DNA of 57,303 nucleotides from a virus (lineage: Duplodnaviria; Caudoviricetes), in the IMG/VR virus record IMGVR_UViG_3300005965_000006, positions 1 through 57,303 of that record; one strand, written 5' to 3'. The notes below the pieces were generated by a model, which was given only the letters and a program-made list of their open reading frames with translations, did not search any database and was not told where the DNA came from. Below, one piece after another: positions 17,284 through 28,531 of this stretch (its first letter is position 1; each line of letters begins with the position of its first letter). A program made the translations under genes and the position numbers.

Positions 17284-20159
17284 TGGGAATTAAATATTAT
17301 ACTCCTCAAACAACAGTAGGTATAGGACAAGGTGCTGCTACCTATCCTACAACAAGAAAAGGTGTCTCAGGTTCAGCGGTTGCTATGGGTCATTTAGCTC
17401 AAGGTTTTGCGGCCTTGGGTAAATCTGCTGCTCAATATGGAGCTCAATTAGAAAAACGCAGAAATTTAGAAGAAACATCTAATGCTCAAGTAGAATTTAT
17501 GACTCAGCTAGATAAACAAACAGCTAATTATCTTAGTGATACAGAATTTGAGGATTTCGAGACTTATACAGGACAGGCTAAAGACCAATTTGACAATCTT
17601 TTAACAACTACCTCACAAAGAATAACAAACCCTCAAATAAGGCAAGAATTTGTCAATAAAATGAGACTAGCTAAAGAAGCGCAGTATGTAGATAAAATTG
17701 CTTCACAAGGTAGACAATTATCTGAATCTCATTTTAAAGCTAGTGCTCAGAGAGATATAAATCAAATAAATTCTCTTTTACAGAACCCTGATTCTATGCT
17801 TTCTTATGAAGAGGCTGTTACAAACCTTGCTGATAAGATAGAGCAATATTCAGAAGGCCAAGAGGTTTCCGAGGAAGTTAAGGAACAGTTCTATAAAGAA
17901 GAGCAATTAAAGATGATTTTGTCCCATTCCTATGGGCAAATAGAGAAAGACCCAATTGCTTATAAAAAAGCCTTACTAGGCGATTATAATACTTTCTTAC
18001 AAGAACGAGGTTATGATATTGAAGGTCAACCTGATGAGGAAGTTCTAAAGGAATTTTTTGAATCTGAGCATGCCCCTAATTTTGCCCGTGAGATGCCTCA
18101 GCATATTAGAGCTCGTTTATTAGGCGCTGCTGATAATAAGATTGCTGCCCTTCGTAAAAAAGCTGAGAAAGCTATGAAAGAGCAAGCCGTTATTGATAGG
18201 GCCCTGTTTGATAAGAACAATGAGCTTCATCTTATGAGTATAGAAAATGAAGGTAAACCTATACAACCCAATTATATTCCTCGGGTCATGGGTGATACTT
18301 CTAATATACTTGGAGAAAAATACAACCTTATTAATAAAGTAGCTAACGAGGCAGGAATAGACCCTATTCTATTTCTTTCTATGCTTGAACAGGAATCTGG
18401 TGCTTCTCATATTACTAAAGATGGTAAAATTATTACTTCTAAGGTTGGGGCTCTTGGTATAGGACAATTAATGCCGGCTACAGCCAAAGGTTTAGGGGTA
18501 GACCCTCATGATGAAGAAGATAACCTCCGAGGCGCTGCTAAGTATTTAAAACAACAATTGGCAACTTTTGGTGGCGATGTTTCCAAAGCTATTGCTGCTT
18601 ATAATGCTGGACCAGGCGCCGTTAAAAAATACAAAGGTATTCCTCCATATGAGGAAACTCAGAAACACGTGAAAAGTATAATGGCTAAGTATAAAAAGAA
18701 CTTAGCTGAGTACACACCTGAATTAGCTGGCACATCTATGCAAGAACAAGCTTATAATATTACTTTAGCTGAAACGGGTTCTGAAGCTCAAGCAAAAGTT
18801 GCTGCAATGAAACAACGAGACAAAGAAGTAAAAGCTGAATTAACTTATCAAATAAAGCAAGAAATAGGTGCCTTATTTACTGAAGGTGACCTAAGAGGCT
18901 TCCTAGAACAATACAAAGCCGAAGTAGCTCAGATTCCTGCTAATGACCCAAGAAAGGCCGTCTTCTCGGACAAGTTGAAATTAGCTGAAGCTCAAGTTGA
19001 GTCAAAAATAAAAGAAATGAAAAAGGACCCTGCTGCTTATATTGATAAGTATGCAAATGTAGTTGATGGTTTAGAAGGTGCTACTCGTTTTGAAGCTCGT
19101 CGAGTTGGACAACGCGCAATGGGTATTCCTGACGGTGGGGTTAAAGTTCTTACTAAAGCGGAACAAAACTTTTTTACACAAAACATCCTTGAACAAGATA
19201 ATCCTGAAGCACGTATAGAAACTATAAGAGGATTACAACAAATAGTTGGACCAGAAAACTATGGCTTAGCTATTAGACAACTAGCTAATGAAGAAGACGC
19301 TCTTCATTCAGCTTATTGGATGCTTCCTCAGTTAGATGCTATTGGTAGTTCTGCCTCAAATCAAATAGCTAAGGCTTTGACTTATTTTGATACTAAAGAA
19401 CTTAAGAAGATAAATACAGAAAATGAATTTGTAGATAGAGATTTATTAAATAAGCTCAATAGTAAATTAGCACCATTGCTAGGTTCTAATATGCTTACTA
19501 GCGACCCTAGAGCAGCTAAGATGTTTAGGGACACAGCTTATTTATTGGGTAGATATTATATAGCTACTAGTAATGCTAGTGACAATGAAGTAGCTGATTT
19601 AGTAAAAAAACAATTAATGGATGATTCTTACCATATAGTAGATTCTGGTTTTTGGACTGACAAGAATATTCTTATTTCAAAAAATCAAGAGGATAACTTA
19701 GACCCAGTTCCTATACAAAAACTATTATCAAAATATAGGGAAGTGCCTTTCCAAAAAGAAGATTTACTTTTTTTAGATGATGTTATTCAAGCTGAATTAG
19801 AAATAGGTCAAGATATTTATGAAGAGTATAGGGATATGTATAATGAGAACTTTTTAGATATAGTTAATGAGAATATTACCTATATCCCTACTGTTACAGG
19901 AACAGGTGTTTATGTTGGATACAAAAGCCCTACTATGTTAGATAAAACTATCCTCCTTTACGATAAGAATAAAAAACCTATCTATATAGATTTTAATAAG
20001 GGTCAAAAAGTTATTCAGGAAGCTGACGCTTATACCCCACCTACTCATAAAGAAGTAACTACTATGGTAGGCAAAAAATCGAAAACATTAACTAGTCAAT
20101 TAGATAAGCATAAAATGAGAGAAGATTATTTTTCTCAAGCAATACAGGATTTTAGATAA
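17283..20159 (+). CDS. Ejection protein with soluble lytic transglycosylase (SLT) domain
   Basis: QESG, GALGIGQLMPATA, AYNAGPGAV, IPPYEETQ. Confidence 0.9.
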   Translation: MGIKYYTPQTTVGIGQGAATYPTTRKGVSGSAVAMGHLAQGFAALGKSAAQYGAQLEKRRNLEETSNAQVEFMTQLDKQTANYLSDTEFEDFETYTGQAKDQFDNLLTTTSQRITNPQIRQEFVNKMRLAKEAQYVDKIASQGRQLSESHFKASAQRDINQINSLLQNPDSMLSYEEAVTNLADKIEQYSEGQEVSEEVKEQFYKEEQLKMILSHSYGQIEKDPIAYKKALLGDYNTFLQERGYDIEGQPDEEVLKEFFESEHAPNFAREMPQHIRARLLGAADNKIAALRKKAEKAMKEQAVIDRALFDKNNELHLMSIENEGKPIQPNYIPRVMGDTSNILGEKYNLINKVANEAGIDPILFLSMLEQESGASHITKDGKIITSKVGALGIGQLMPATAKGLGVDPHDEEDNLRGAAKYLKQQLATFGGDVSKAIAAYNAGPGAVKKYKGIPPYEETQKHVKSIMAKYKKNLAEYTPELAGTSMQEQAYNITLAETGSEAQAKVAAMKQRDKEVKAELTYQIKQEIGALFTEGDLRGFLEQYKAEVAQIPANDPRKAVFSDKLKLAEAQVESKIKEMKKDPAAYIDKYANVVDGLEGATRFEARRVGQRAMGIPDGGVKVLTKAEQNFFTQNILEQDNPEARIETIRGLQQIVGPENYGLAIRQLANEEDALHSAYWMLPQLDAIGSSASNQIAKALTYFDTKELKKINTENEFVDRDLLNKLNSKLAPLLGSNMLTSDPRAAKMFRDTAYLLGRYYIATSNASDNEVADLVKKQLMDDSYHIVDSGFWTDKNILISKNQEDNLDPVPIQKLLSKYREVPFQKEDLLFLDDVIQAELEIGQDIYEEYRDMYNENFLDIVNENITYIPTVTGTGVYVGYKSPTMLDKTILLYDKNKKPIYIDFNKGQKVIQEADAYTPPTHKEVTTMVGKKSKTLTSQLDKHKMREDYFSQAIQDFR

Positions 20160-22183
20160 TGCCTTCATTATTCCCAGAAACAAATATAGAAAATGTGTTT
20201 TCCCCTTCTGGCTATTTAAAGCAACAGGAAGAGGAGCCACTTACTAAAGGTAGATTATTTGATATTTCTGCTGATGAAGCACAGTTAGATTCCCCTACTG
20301 CTTCATTATTTAGGATGCATGATATGGCTGAAATAAGTCGTATTGCTCAAGGTACTGAAACTTATGAGCCAGCTAAAGCTAATGAATTATATAAGAAGTA
20401 TGGTCTTAACTTTAATGAGCCTATAACAAAAATTGAAGCTGATTATATGGCAAGACAGAAAATGCGTGAGTATCAAGCAAGACAGGCACTTGCTCGGAGT
20501 GAGGGGGATTTTATGAGCGGGGCAGCATCTTTTGGTGGGTCTATTTTTGGTTCATTTATGGACCCTATAAACATTGCTGCCTCTGCTATTCCTATTACAA
20601 AATTATTTCCAGGAATGAAAGCTATGCACGCTACGGGTTCAGCTTTTAATAAAATGAAACTAGGCTTTGTAGATGCTGCTATAGGTAATGCCATAGTTGA
20701 GCCACTTGCTGTAGGTGCTGCAACTATGGACCAACGGGATTATACTGTAACAGATGCCATGACAAATATATTTATTGGCGGCTTACTTGGTGTAGGTATT
20801 ACAGGTCTTGGTGAAGGTGTTCGTTATTTATCTCGAGCAAATAAATTCAATGCCTTAGCTACTGGTTTAAAAGAATATTCCAATAGCCAAATACCTACAG
20901 CAAAAGACGGAATTATAGACACTAGTCCTCAGGCCTCGCGCTTCACTTTCGAAGATTTAGTGAATTTAAGTGATGATATGTTACAGGTTAATAAATCGGA
21001 TGCTGCTGAATATAGGGTTCAATTAAAAGATGATGGTCCGTTAGGTAAACTTATTGGTATAGGCGATGATTTGCAATCAGCTAAACAGGACCTTAAACAG
21101 CAATATGGTGTTTTATTGGATAATGATATTCTTTCTAAAGGCTACGACACTAATACAGTTGCTACTAAGATAGAGTCTACTTTATTTGAACACTTCCCTA
21201 ATTTAGACTCTGAAGATTTAACTAGAATGTTAGATACATTAGGTCCAAGAGAAGATTTATTAGACTTTGTTTATAGAGAAACTAATGGACTTAAAGACTT
21301 GGATACCTATGTTAAAAATCTTAAAGTCAAAGAAGGCGCTAGAGCTAAAACAACAGTTAAGAGAATAGCAAGGGCCTTAGAAGAAAGAATTGAAGATAAA
21401 GTCCAAGAGGTCGCGGTTCGAACTGAGGCCCGTAAGTTACTTTTGCAACGTAGTAAGCGAGGTAGTGTAAAAGAATTACTTCGTATGGCTAGAGGAGAAG
21501 AAAAAGAATTATTTACACCTGAAGTAAGGCAACAACGTCTCGAAGAGCTTCAAACTAAACGTGACAAAGCTTCTGGAGCTCTTGAGGACTTAAATGCTCA
21601 AATGCGTCAACTTGAGGAAGATTTTGCTCTTAAACAAAAACAGCTAGATAAAACTAATAAATTAGCTCGCCGCGAAAAATTAAAGTCTGAAATAACTGAC
21701 ATAAGTCGCGCCATTAATACGCTACAAAACGATATTACTACGGCCCGAAACTTATCGAACTTAGACCCAGAGGCTACACTTAAATCTAGGCAAGATAGAA
21801 TAGGTGCTATGAAGTCTGTTCTGGAAGACTTGCAAAAAGATGCCCGGACAGTCGATGATATTCGTAATATAATAGAAGGTAAGAAAAAGCCGCGGCATGA
21901 ATTAAATCAACCTGAGACTGTTGCTGAATTTAATGATTATTTATCTCAGGCACAGGAAACAATAGAGGTTGAGAGTGCTGAAGTAACTGAGTTAGCTAAT
22001 AATATCCAACGACAAGTAGAAGATATTAAGGAAGATAATATCTATAGTAAACTTGGTGCTGAACTTGAAAAAGAAGTTAACGAGATAAATGAGGAATTTG
22101 ATAAAGTAAGTAAGGACCTTAAGAAAGATTATCAAGATTACCTCGATTGTAGAATTGTAGAAGGAATAAGTAATGCCAATTAG
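20159..22183 (+). CDS. Ejection (internal virion) protein
   Basis: DPINIAAS plus Gly-rich hydrophobic segments and coiled coil; synteny. Confidence 0.75.
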   Translation: MPSLFPETNIENVFSPSGYLKQQEEEPLTKGRLFDISADEAQLDSPTASLFRMHDMAEISRIAQGTETYEPAKANELYKKYGLNFNEPITKIEADYMARQKMREYQARQALARSEGDFMSGAASFGGSIFGSFMDPINIAASAIPITKLFPGMKAMHATGSAFNKMKLGFVDAAIGNAIVEPLAVGAATMDQRDYTVTDAMTNIFIGGLLGVGITGLGEGVRYLSRANKFNALATGLKEYSNSQIPTAKDGIIDTSPQASRFTFEDLVNLSDDMLQVNKSDAAEYRVQLKDDGPLGKLIGIGDDLQSAKQDLKQQYGVLLDNDILSKGYDTNTVATKIESTLFEHFPNLDSEDLTRMLDTLGPREDLLDFVYRETNGLKDLDTYVKNLKVKEGARAKTTVKRIARALEERIEDKVQEVAVRTEARKLLLQRSKRGSVKELLRMARGEEKELFTPEVRQQRLEELQTKRDKASGALEDLNAQMRQLEEDFALKQKQLDKTNKLARREKLKSEITDISRAINTLQNDITTARNLSNLDPEATLKSRQDRIGAMKSVLEDLQKDARTVDDIRNIIEGKKKPRHELNQPETVAEFNDYLSQAQETIEVESAEVTELANNIQRQVEDIKEDNIYSKLGAELEKEVNEINEEFDKVSKDLKKDYQDYLDCRIVEGISNAN

Positions 22184-24701
22184 TAAAAAGAATTGTTATA
22201 CCTCATTTAAAGCAATTGCTGCTAAGTATATGGCGCCTGAAGATGTTGGCTCTTTCATACAAGAACACGCTATGCTGGTTAAAAAATTACAGAAGGAAAA
22301 TAGCTCCCTTAACCTCGAGCGTGCTGAAGCAAAAGCAGGTGAACAACTACTTAATAAGATAGAACAACAAGCATTACAAATAAAGAAAAACAAACTTTTC
22401 AGCATGCAGAAAAAACTAGAAATAATTAAGTATGTTACTGAAACATATAAAGATAGTCCTATAGAAGGTATAAATGCTTTTCTTGCAGGTGCTGGCGGGG
22501 ATATAAATGCTATGTTTAAAGGTTCTAAAGGTTATGTAGAAGGTTCTATGAACTCCCTAGCTTCCGAAGTAGACTTACAACAAAGTAAAGCAGTAGGAGC
22601 TTATTATACAGAATTAAAAGATGCTAATGTATTCCAAGAATATGTTTCTGGTAAACTAGACAAACATATTATAGATGAGTTAATTGCCCTACAAAAAAAT
22701 AGACCTCTTGGACAATCAGGTTCTCAGAGTGCTCGGAAAATAGCTGAAGTTCTTAATAAACACAGTGAAATATGGAGAAATAAATTAAATGAATATGGTG
22801 CTGGTTTAGAGCCCGAATTTACTTCTATATTAACTATATCTCATGATGTACCTAAACTTGAATTAAAAGGTTCAACTAAAGCTGAATCTAGGCAACACTG
22901 GATAAATTTTGTTAAACCTTTACTTGACTGGGATAATATGATTGGTGCTGAAACACCTGATGAATTTCTCTCTGGTATGTTTGATACACTATTATCCGGT
23001 AAACATCTTGATTATGAAAATCCTTTAAGTGAAAGATTAACCACAACTCTGGCTGAAAGAATGAGATCCAAGAGGTTTTTAAAATTTAAGGATGCTGATA
23101 GTTATATGAAATATAATAAGGAATATGGCTATCATAACTTAAGAGAATCTTTCCACTATGGGCTGATGAATATTTCAAGTAATTTTGCTTTAACTAAGAG
23201 ACTTGGGGTTAGTGCTAGACATACGTTATTATCTGCCATTAAAGATATAGCTCAATTATACTCTCGTAGTGATGATTTAAAGGCCATTAGAGCTTTTAGA
23301 AATACTGGGCCGGAAGGTATACCTGAATCAAGTAAACATCTTATAGCAGAGATTTTTGGTGATACTAAACGTCCAGTTAACCACGCATTATCTAAATGGG
23401 CTGCTACATTGAGAAATATAGAAAGTATGGCTAAATTAGGTATGGCTACAATTTCTTCTTTCTCCGATATTCATAATGTAGCCTATGAAGCAGTATTCCA
23501 AGGTAGAAATTATCATCAACAATTATTCGGTACAGTAAATAATTTAGTTAAGAATCTTGCGGGAGTTAAATCAGCTGAAAGGCGTAGGATTCTTAATTCC
23601 ATAGGTATATTTTCTGATTCAATTCCAGGCCTTATTGTGGAACGTTATGGGATGGATAGTTCTACTCCAGGCTTTTTATCTAAACAGCTTAGAACCTTTT
23701 TTAATATAAATGGTTTAAGATGGTGGGCTGATGGTATAAGAGAGTCTTCAGCAATGGGTTTACTTAATTATCTAGGCCAGCACGCGTCAGAAAAAACCTC
23801 TTGGCTAGGTCTTCCTGAACCAACACGTCAATTATTAAAATCCTATAGTATCAATAAAAAAGAGTGGGATATATTATTACAAGCAGGTGTAGATACTCTT
23901 GAAGGTAAAACTTTTCTTACTATAGAAAAATTACAAGAGCTTGGTGATGATTTGTTTGTAGATATAAAAAAAGAAGATTTTCTTGATAACTATAGAAGAT
24001 TAATATTAGATAGGTCTAATAATGCTGCTATTTTACCAGGTGCTCATGAGAGAGCTTTATTTCGTAGAAGTACAAAACCTGGAACATATGACGGCGAATT
24101 TTTTAGAATGCTTGCACAATTCAAATCTTTTCCTGTAGCTATAATAAATAAAAATCTCAATAAGATGTTATATGCTAAAGGAGGAGCAAATAATGCAATA
24201 GACGCTTTTATGAATGGAAGTGCTGATAAATTAGGTCTTATAAATACTATATTAACTATGACTACTATAGGTTATGCGTCTATGACAATTAAGGACTATT
24301 TTAAAGGTAGAAACCCTAGAGAATTTAGTGCTGAGACATTAGGTGCTGCTATGATTCAAGGTGGTGCATTAGGTTTATATGGTGATTTACTTTTATCAGA
24401 TGCCACTAAGTATGGAGGTAGATTTACAGATAATTTTGCTGATACACCTGTCGCAGGGCTTATAAATGATATTTATTCTGTAGCTCGTTCTGGCGAAGAT
24501 TTTATGCCTACATTAGTAAAGCGAGGTAAAAACCATATTCCATATAGTAATTTATTCTGGACTAAGCCTATTGTAGATTATATGTTATTATATAGACTAC
24601 AAGAAGAACTTGACCCTGGTTATCTTAGACGTATGGAGCGGAGGATTGAACGAGATAATAAACAGTCTTTTTGGCTTCAACCATCAGATGCAGTAAAGTA
24701 G
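22173..24701 (+). CDS. Large ejection (internal virion) protein
   Basis: AKLGMATISSFSD, QFKSFP, QGGALGLYGD, LDPGYLRRMERR. Confidence 0.8.
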   Translation: MPISKKNCYTSFKAIAAKYMAPEDVGSFIQEHAMLVKKLQKENSSLNLERAEAKAGEQLLNKIEQQALQIKKNKLFSMQKKLEIIKYVTETYKDSPIEGINAFLAGAGGDINAMFKGSKGYVEGSMNSLASEVDLQQSKAVGAYYTELKDANVFQEYVSGKLDKHIIDELIALQKNRPLGQSGSQSARKIAEVLNKHSEIWRNKLNEYGAGLEPEFTSILTISHDVPKLELKGSTKAESRQHWINFVKPLLDWDNMIGAETPDEFLSGMFDTLLSGKHLDYENPLSERLTTTLAERMRSKRFLKFKDADSYMKYNKEYGYHNLRESFHYGLMNISSNFALTKRLGVSARHTLLSAIKDIAQLYSRSDDLKAIRAFRNTGPEGIPESSKHLIAEIFGDTKRPVNHALSKWAATLRNIESMAKLGMATISSFSDIHNVAYEAVFQGRNYHQQLFGTVNNLVKNLAGVKSAERRRILNSIGIFSDSIPGLIVERYGMDSSTPGFLSKQLRTFFNINGLRWWADGIRESSAMGLLNYLGQHASEKTSWLGLPEPTRQLLKSYSINKKEWDILLQAGVDTLEGKTFLTIEKLQELGDDLFVDIKKEDFLDNYRRLILDRSNNAAILPGAHERALFRRSTKPGTYDGEFFRMLAQFKSFPVAIINKNLNKMLYAKGGANNAIDAFMNGSADKLGLINTILTMTTIGYASMTIKDYFKGRNPREFSAETLGAAMIQGGALGLYGDLLLSDATKYGGRFTDNFADTPVAGLINDIYSVARSGEDFMPTLVKRGKNHIPYSNLFWTKPIVDYMLLYRLQEELDPGYLRRMERRIERDNKQSFWLQPSDAVK

Positions 24702-24764
24702 CTAATGTAATGTAAACTTTATTTAACTTATGATAGTATTAGTTAAGTAGTAAAAAGGTTTACT

Positions 24765-25022
24765 ATGTCTGAGTTAAGAAATAAAATATGGGATATGCAC
24801 GGAAAAGTTTCATCTTTGGAGACTTGGGCTCAAGGTATGGATGAAAAGCTAGATACTGTTATTAAGGCTGCAGCTAATCCAAGTCGAAAGTGTAATGGTC
24901 TTCAGAAAGTGGAAAAGATTCTCATAGGATTGGAAGTCTTAGTTATTATTTCATTACTTTTAAACCCTACCACAGCTGCATTAACTAAACAGGTAATAGA
25001 TTTAGTAAAGGCAGTTTCATAA
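24765..25022 (+). CDS. Putative holin-like membrane protein
   Basis: Coiled coil plus one transmembrane segment, directly before the endolysin. Confidence 0.5.
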   Translation: MSELRNKIWDMHGKVSSLETWAQGMDEKLDTVIKAAANPSRKCNGLQKVEKILIGLEVLVIISLLLNPTTAALTKQVIDLVKAVS

Positions 25023-25495
25023 TGACTTTGATTTATGTACCAAAATATTACAATATTAAAGAGCTTGTTAGTCCAGTAGTATATAATAAATATGGAAATA
25101 GTGCTTGGATGTTTTTTCAAGGTGACCCTGAGTATCTTATGGACCTTGATTTTTTAAGAGAAGAATGGGGTTCGGGTATTTATCTTAATACTTGGGCTTT
25201 TCCTGGAGTAAAACCTTATAGAGATGAGGCGGCTTACAGATGTAATGTTGATGATATAGTACGTAAGAAACGTGGCCCTTATTGTAGTGGGCATACTATG
25301 TGTAAGGCTTTTGACCCAATGCCCGCAAATGGTCAGTATGAAAAATTTTGGCATTTTATATGGGCTTTAATAACAAATGGAAAATTTAAAAGGTTTAATC
25401 GTATAGAACATCATAAACATACAGTAGCTAAAGGTTATGTTCATATAGATAGTTTTAGTCCAAGTGGTAAGCCTGAAGTGTTTACAATTAAGTAA
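25022..25495 (+). CDS. Endolysin, peptidase M15-like zinc peptidase
   Basis: SGHxxxxAFD and HID zinc-ligand motifs; IKELV N-terminus. Confidence 0.75.
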   Translation: MTLIYVPKYYNIKELVSPVVYNKYGNSAWMFFQGDPEYLMDLDFLREEWGSGIYLNTWAFPGVKPYRDEAAYRCNVDDIVRKKRGPYCSGHTMCKAFDPMPANGQYEKFWHFIWALITNGKFKRFNRIEHHKHTVAKGYVHIDSFSPSGKPEVFTIK

Positions 25496-25531
25496 GGTCG
25501 AGTTATAATAAAAATAAAAGGAGGTAACATC

Positions 25532-25858
25532 ATGGGATTTAATTTACAGGTAATTGCAAACTTATTAACAGCTGCTTATCCTATACTTAAATTAGCCGTA
25601 GACAAAATCTTTAATTCAACTACAGTAGATGAAAAAGCTAAAGAGGTCTTTGGTAAATTTGCCGAAGCTAGCAATGAAGCTATTGATAAAACTATGGAAG
25701 CTATCAAAATTGCAGAAGAAAATAGAAACCCTGTAACTGATGGTTTAGTTTTTAAATTTGGTAGAATGCTAAAAGCCTTTACAACAAAAGCAAATGGTAT
25801 TGTTGCTTATATTGAAGAAAACTTCGGTGAAATTGATTTAGACCCATCTAAGTATTAA
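25532..25858 (+). CDS. Hypothetical protein (lysis region)
   Basis: AAGGAGG RBS; amphipathic N-terminus. Confidence 0.65.
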   Translation: MGFNLQVIANLLTAAYPILKLAVDKIFNSTTVDEKAKEVFGKFAEASNEAIDKTMEAIKIAEENRNPVTDGLVFKFGRMLKAFTTKANGIVAYIEENFGEIDLDPSKY

Positions 25859-25870
25859 TAAGGAGACGTC

Positions 25871-28021
25871 ATGGGACGTATTATAGACCAAGACACTCTA
25901 GCATTACAAACACTTCAAGACTATATAATTATAGCTAATACAGCTAAAGATTATAAGATGAGTATTGAAGATTTTATTGATGTTATACAGCAAAAAATGG
26001 ACTTTTCTATACCTACTGGTGTAGGAGTTACTATTAATGGGCAAAGTTACACAACAACTCAATTAGATAATGCTCGGGATATATTCTGTGATATAGTGCG
26101 TTTTGACCTTAAATGGGATGTAGTTGAGACAACAGCAGGAGTATATGATTGGACTACTTATGATACTCTCATAGATGAATTAAAATCAAGAGGACTTATA
26201 CCATTTGCTATTCTTGATTATAATAATACGATAGCTCCTTATAGTGCTACTTCTGCAATGCATGGTATTGAAAATGCTACTCAACAAGCGGGGTTTGTGG
26301 CATTTGCTGTGGCGGCTGCTGATAGGTATAAAGATACTTTAATGATATTTGAAATCTGGAACGAACCTAACTTAGCTGCATTCTGGGCACCCGCTCCAGA
26401 TGTTGATGCTTACTGTGATTTAGTTAAGGCGGTAGTCCCAGCTATGAAAGCTGCTGACCCTTATTGTATTTGTGTAGGACCTGCGGTAGCCTTTGTTGCT
26501 AATACCCACAGTTTTATACAATCCTGTGGAGATAACGGAATCTTTGATATACTAGATGCGTGCAGTGTTCACCCTTATAAAGACGCTGAACCAGAGGCAG
26601 GGGACGCTGAATATATTTACTGGATGTGCCAAACTGAAATTGATGATTCAGCTAAGCCTAACATGCCTATCATAGCAAGTGAAATGGGATACTCTGTCAA
26701 TTGGACTAACGTGGACAATGAGACTAATAGAAAGAACTGGCTTGCTCGTAAGGTTCTTTATAATATGAAAATGAAAGATATATGGCCTTATAGTACAGTT
26801 CAGAATCAGATAATTTATTCTTTATGGAATAGTGAAGCTCTTCCAGGAGACCTTACTCACAATGGATTTGGTCTTTATGACTACGAGGGAAACATCTACG
26901 ATTCTGGAACCTTCTTATCATGGGTACTGTATAATCTTCAAGGTTATACTTATTCAACTGATGTAAGTAATCATCTTTATTGTTTATCTTATGGGCCATT
27001 TGCAGAAAGTACATCTTATACTTGGAGAGGTGTAGGAAGCGCTACTTGGATTAAAGTGGAAAAAGAAAGTGGTACCTTTGATATTACTTCTGTTAAAATT
27101 ACAGGTCCTGCTGACACAGAGGAAGCTCCTAAAGACTTTACTATTAAAGACGAGAGTGATAGTGTATTAGCTACATTTACTAGTGAGTCTTTTACTTCAG
27201 GGGAAGAACGAGAATTTACTTGTGTAGCTAATGGAATCTCTGCTATTAAAATAGATATTACAGATAATAATGGTGCTAATAACACAAGGATTGCCAAGAT
27301 TGAATTAATGGATGGCACAACTTCTCTTGTTGGAGATAAGACTGAAGATGATGGGTCAGCTTCCGGTGATGAATCTGGATGGACCTCTTCTGCCAAAGAC
27401 CAGACTAAGAATGACTACCACCTTAAGTTTACAGACGGACAGGGTGGTATTAAATATTGGTCATGGACTACAGGAGATGGACATTATGCTACCTTTGATG
27501 GTAACACAGAATATATTTATGAAACACCTCTCCTTACTCAATTAGCTACACCTGTTACAACTACAGGTAATCAAAGTATTTCTGGAACCAAAACATTTAC
27601 AGGTACTGTAAAAATAGATGCTGAAAATGACGCTGTATTAGAAGGACAACCCATACATCTTACAATTCCTGTAGTCCTTTTAAATGATACTATAGTAGCT
27701 GGTAATTCAGAAGCTTTTTACATAGCACCCTTTAATATGACTGTTACAGGGGTAAGAGCTGCCTTAGCCGTAGCACAATCTAGTGGAGATATTGTTACTA
27801 TCGATGTTAATGTAGGTGGAACATCTATACTATCCACTGAAATAACTATAGATAATGGAGAGAAAACAAGTGATACAGCAGAAACAGAACCAGTTATAGA
27901 TACTTCAGAGGATACTATATCTGCTGGGGATGAGATTACTATAGACGTAGACCAAATTGGTGATGGAACAGCCAAAGGACTCTATGTACAACTAACAGGT
28001 TATATAACACCTTCAACATAA
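25871..28021 (+). CDS. Tail spike-like protein with clan GH-A glycoside hydrolase domain (GH39/GH5-like) and beta-sandwich modules
   Basis: GVYDW, EIWNEPN acid/base, SVHPY, SEMGY nucleophile; discoidin-like segment; QSISGTKTF fibre motif. Confidence 0.8.
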   Translation: MGRIIDQDTLALQTLQDYIIIANTAKDYKMSIEDFIDVIQQKMDFSIPTGVGVTINGQSYTTTQLDNARDIFCDIVRFDLKWDVVETTAGVYDWTTYDTLIDELKSRGLIPFAILDYNNTIAPYSATSAMHGIENATQQAGFVAFAVAAADRYKDTLMIFEIWNEPNLAAFWAPAPDVDAYCDLVKAVVPAMKAADPYCICVGPAVAFVANTHSFIQSCGDNGIFDILDACSVHPYKDAEPEAGDAEYIYWMCQTEIDDSAKPNMPIIASEMGYSVNWTNVDNETNRKNWLARKVLYNMKMKDIWPYSTVQNQIIYSLWNSEALPGDLTHNGFGLYDYEGNIYDSGTFLSWVLYNLQGYTYSTDVSNHLYCLSYGPFAESTSYTWRGVGSATWIKVEKESGTFDITSVKITGPADTEEAPKDFTIKDESDSVLATFTSESFTSGEEREFTCVANGISAIKIDITDNNGANNTRIAKIELMDGTTSLVGDKTEDDGSASGDESGWTSSAKDQTKNDYHLKFTDGQGGIKYWSWTTGDGHYATFDGNTEYIYETPLLTQLATPVTTTGNQSISGTKTFTGTVKIDAENDAVLEGQPIHLTIPVVLLNDTIVAGNSEAFYIAPFNMTVTGVRAALAVAQSSGDIVTIDVNVGGTSILSTEITIDNGEKTSDTAETEPVIDTSEDTISAGDEITIDVDQIGDGTAKGLYVQLTGYITPST

Positions 28022-28031
28022 GGAGAATAAA

Positions 28032-28373
28032 ATGAGCGGTAAAGGACGCAACCAAACTGAAACAGAGTTCATGAATCAAGGAGCAAATCCTATAGCTAAT
28101 GCACTGGCCGAGGTTCTTCAACCTGATACACAAGAAGATATAGATGTAACAACAGAAGATTTTGATTGCCCTAGTGATGCTCCTTGGGGTTTTAAAATCT
28201 ATATACCAGAAGATTTTGGTGGTGGGAATATTGTAGCCACACCTTTTGGTAATGATGCTGCTGTAACTTATCCAGATACAGCATACACAAAAGGAACCTA
28301 CTTGAGAGAAGGTCGATTCAAGAAGGTAACAACTAGTACAGCAACTAAAACAGGTTTGGAGGCCTGGTACTAA
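28032..28373 (+). CDS. Hypothetical tail-region protein
   Basis: AAGGAG RBS; operon position. Confidence 0.65.
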   Translation: MSGKGRNQTETEFMNQGANPIANALAEVLQPDTQEDIDVTTEDFDCPSDAPWGFKIYIPEDFGGGNIVATPFGNDAAVTYPDTAYTKGTYLREGRFKKVTTSTATKTGLEAWY

Positions 28374-28531
28374 TGGGACAAGGATTTGGACTAGGTATTG
28401 GAATAGGTGTAGCTGTAAAAAAATTAGTCAACTATGTTGAAAGTCTATTCAATGCCTGGACCGACCATACAGGACAAGAATATGAAGACCACGAAGGAAA
28501 TACTTATGAGCTACTCGCCACAGATGAATAA
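28373..28531 (+). CDS. Small protein (52 aa, MGQGFGLGIGIG...ATDE)
   Basis: Overlaps both neighbouring genes at start and stop; GLGIG N-terminus is common in tail modules; below the ORF-track cutoff. Confidence 0.6.
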   Translation: MGQGFGLGIGIGVAVKKLVNYVESLFNAWTDHTGQEYEDHEGNTYELLATDE

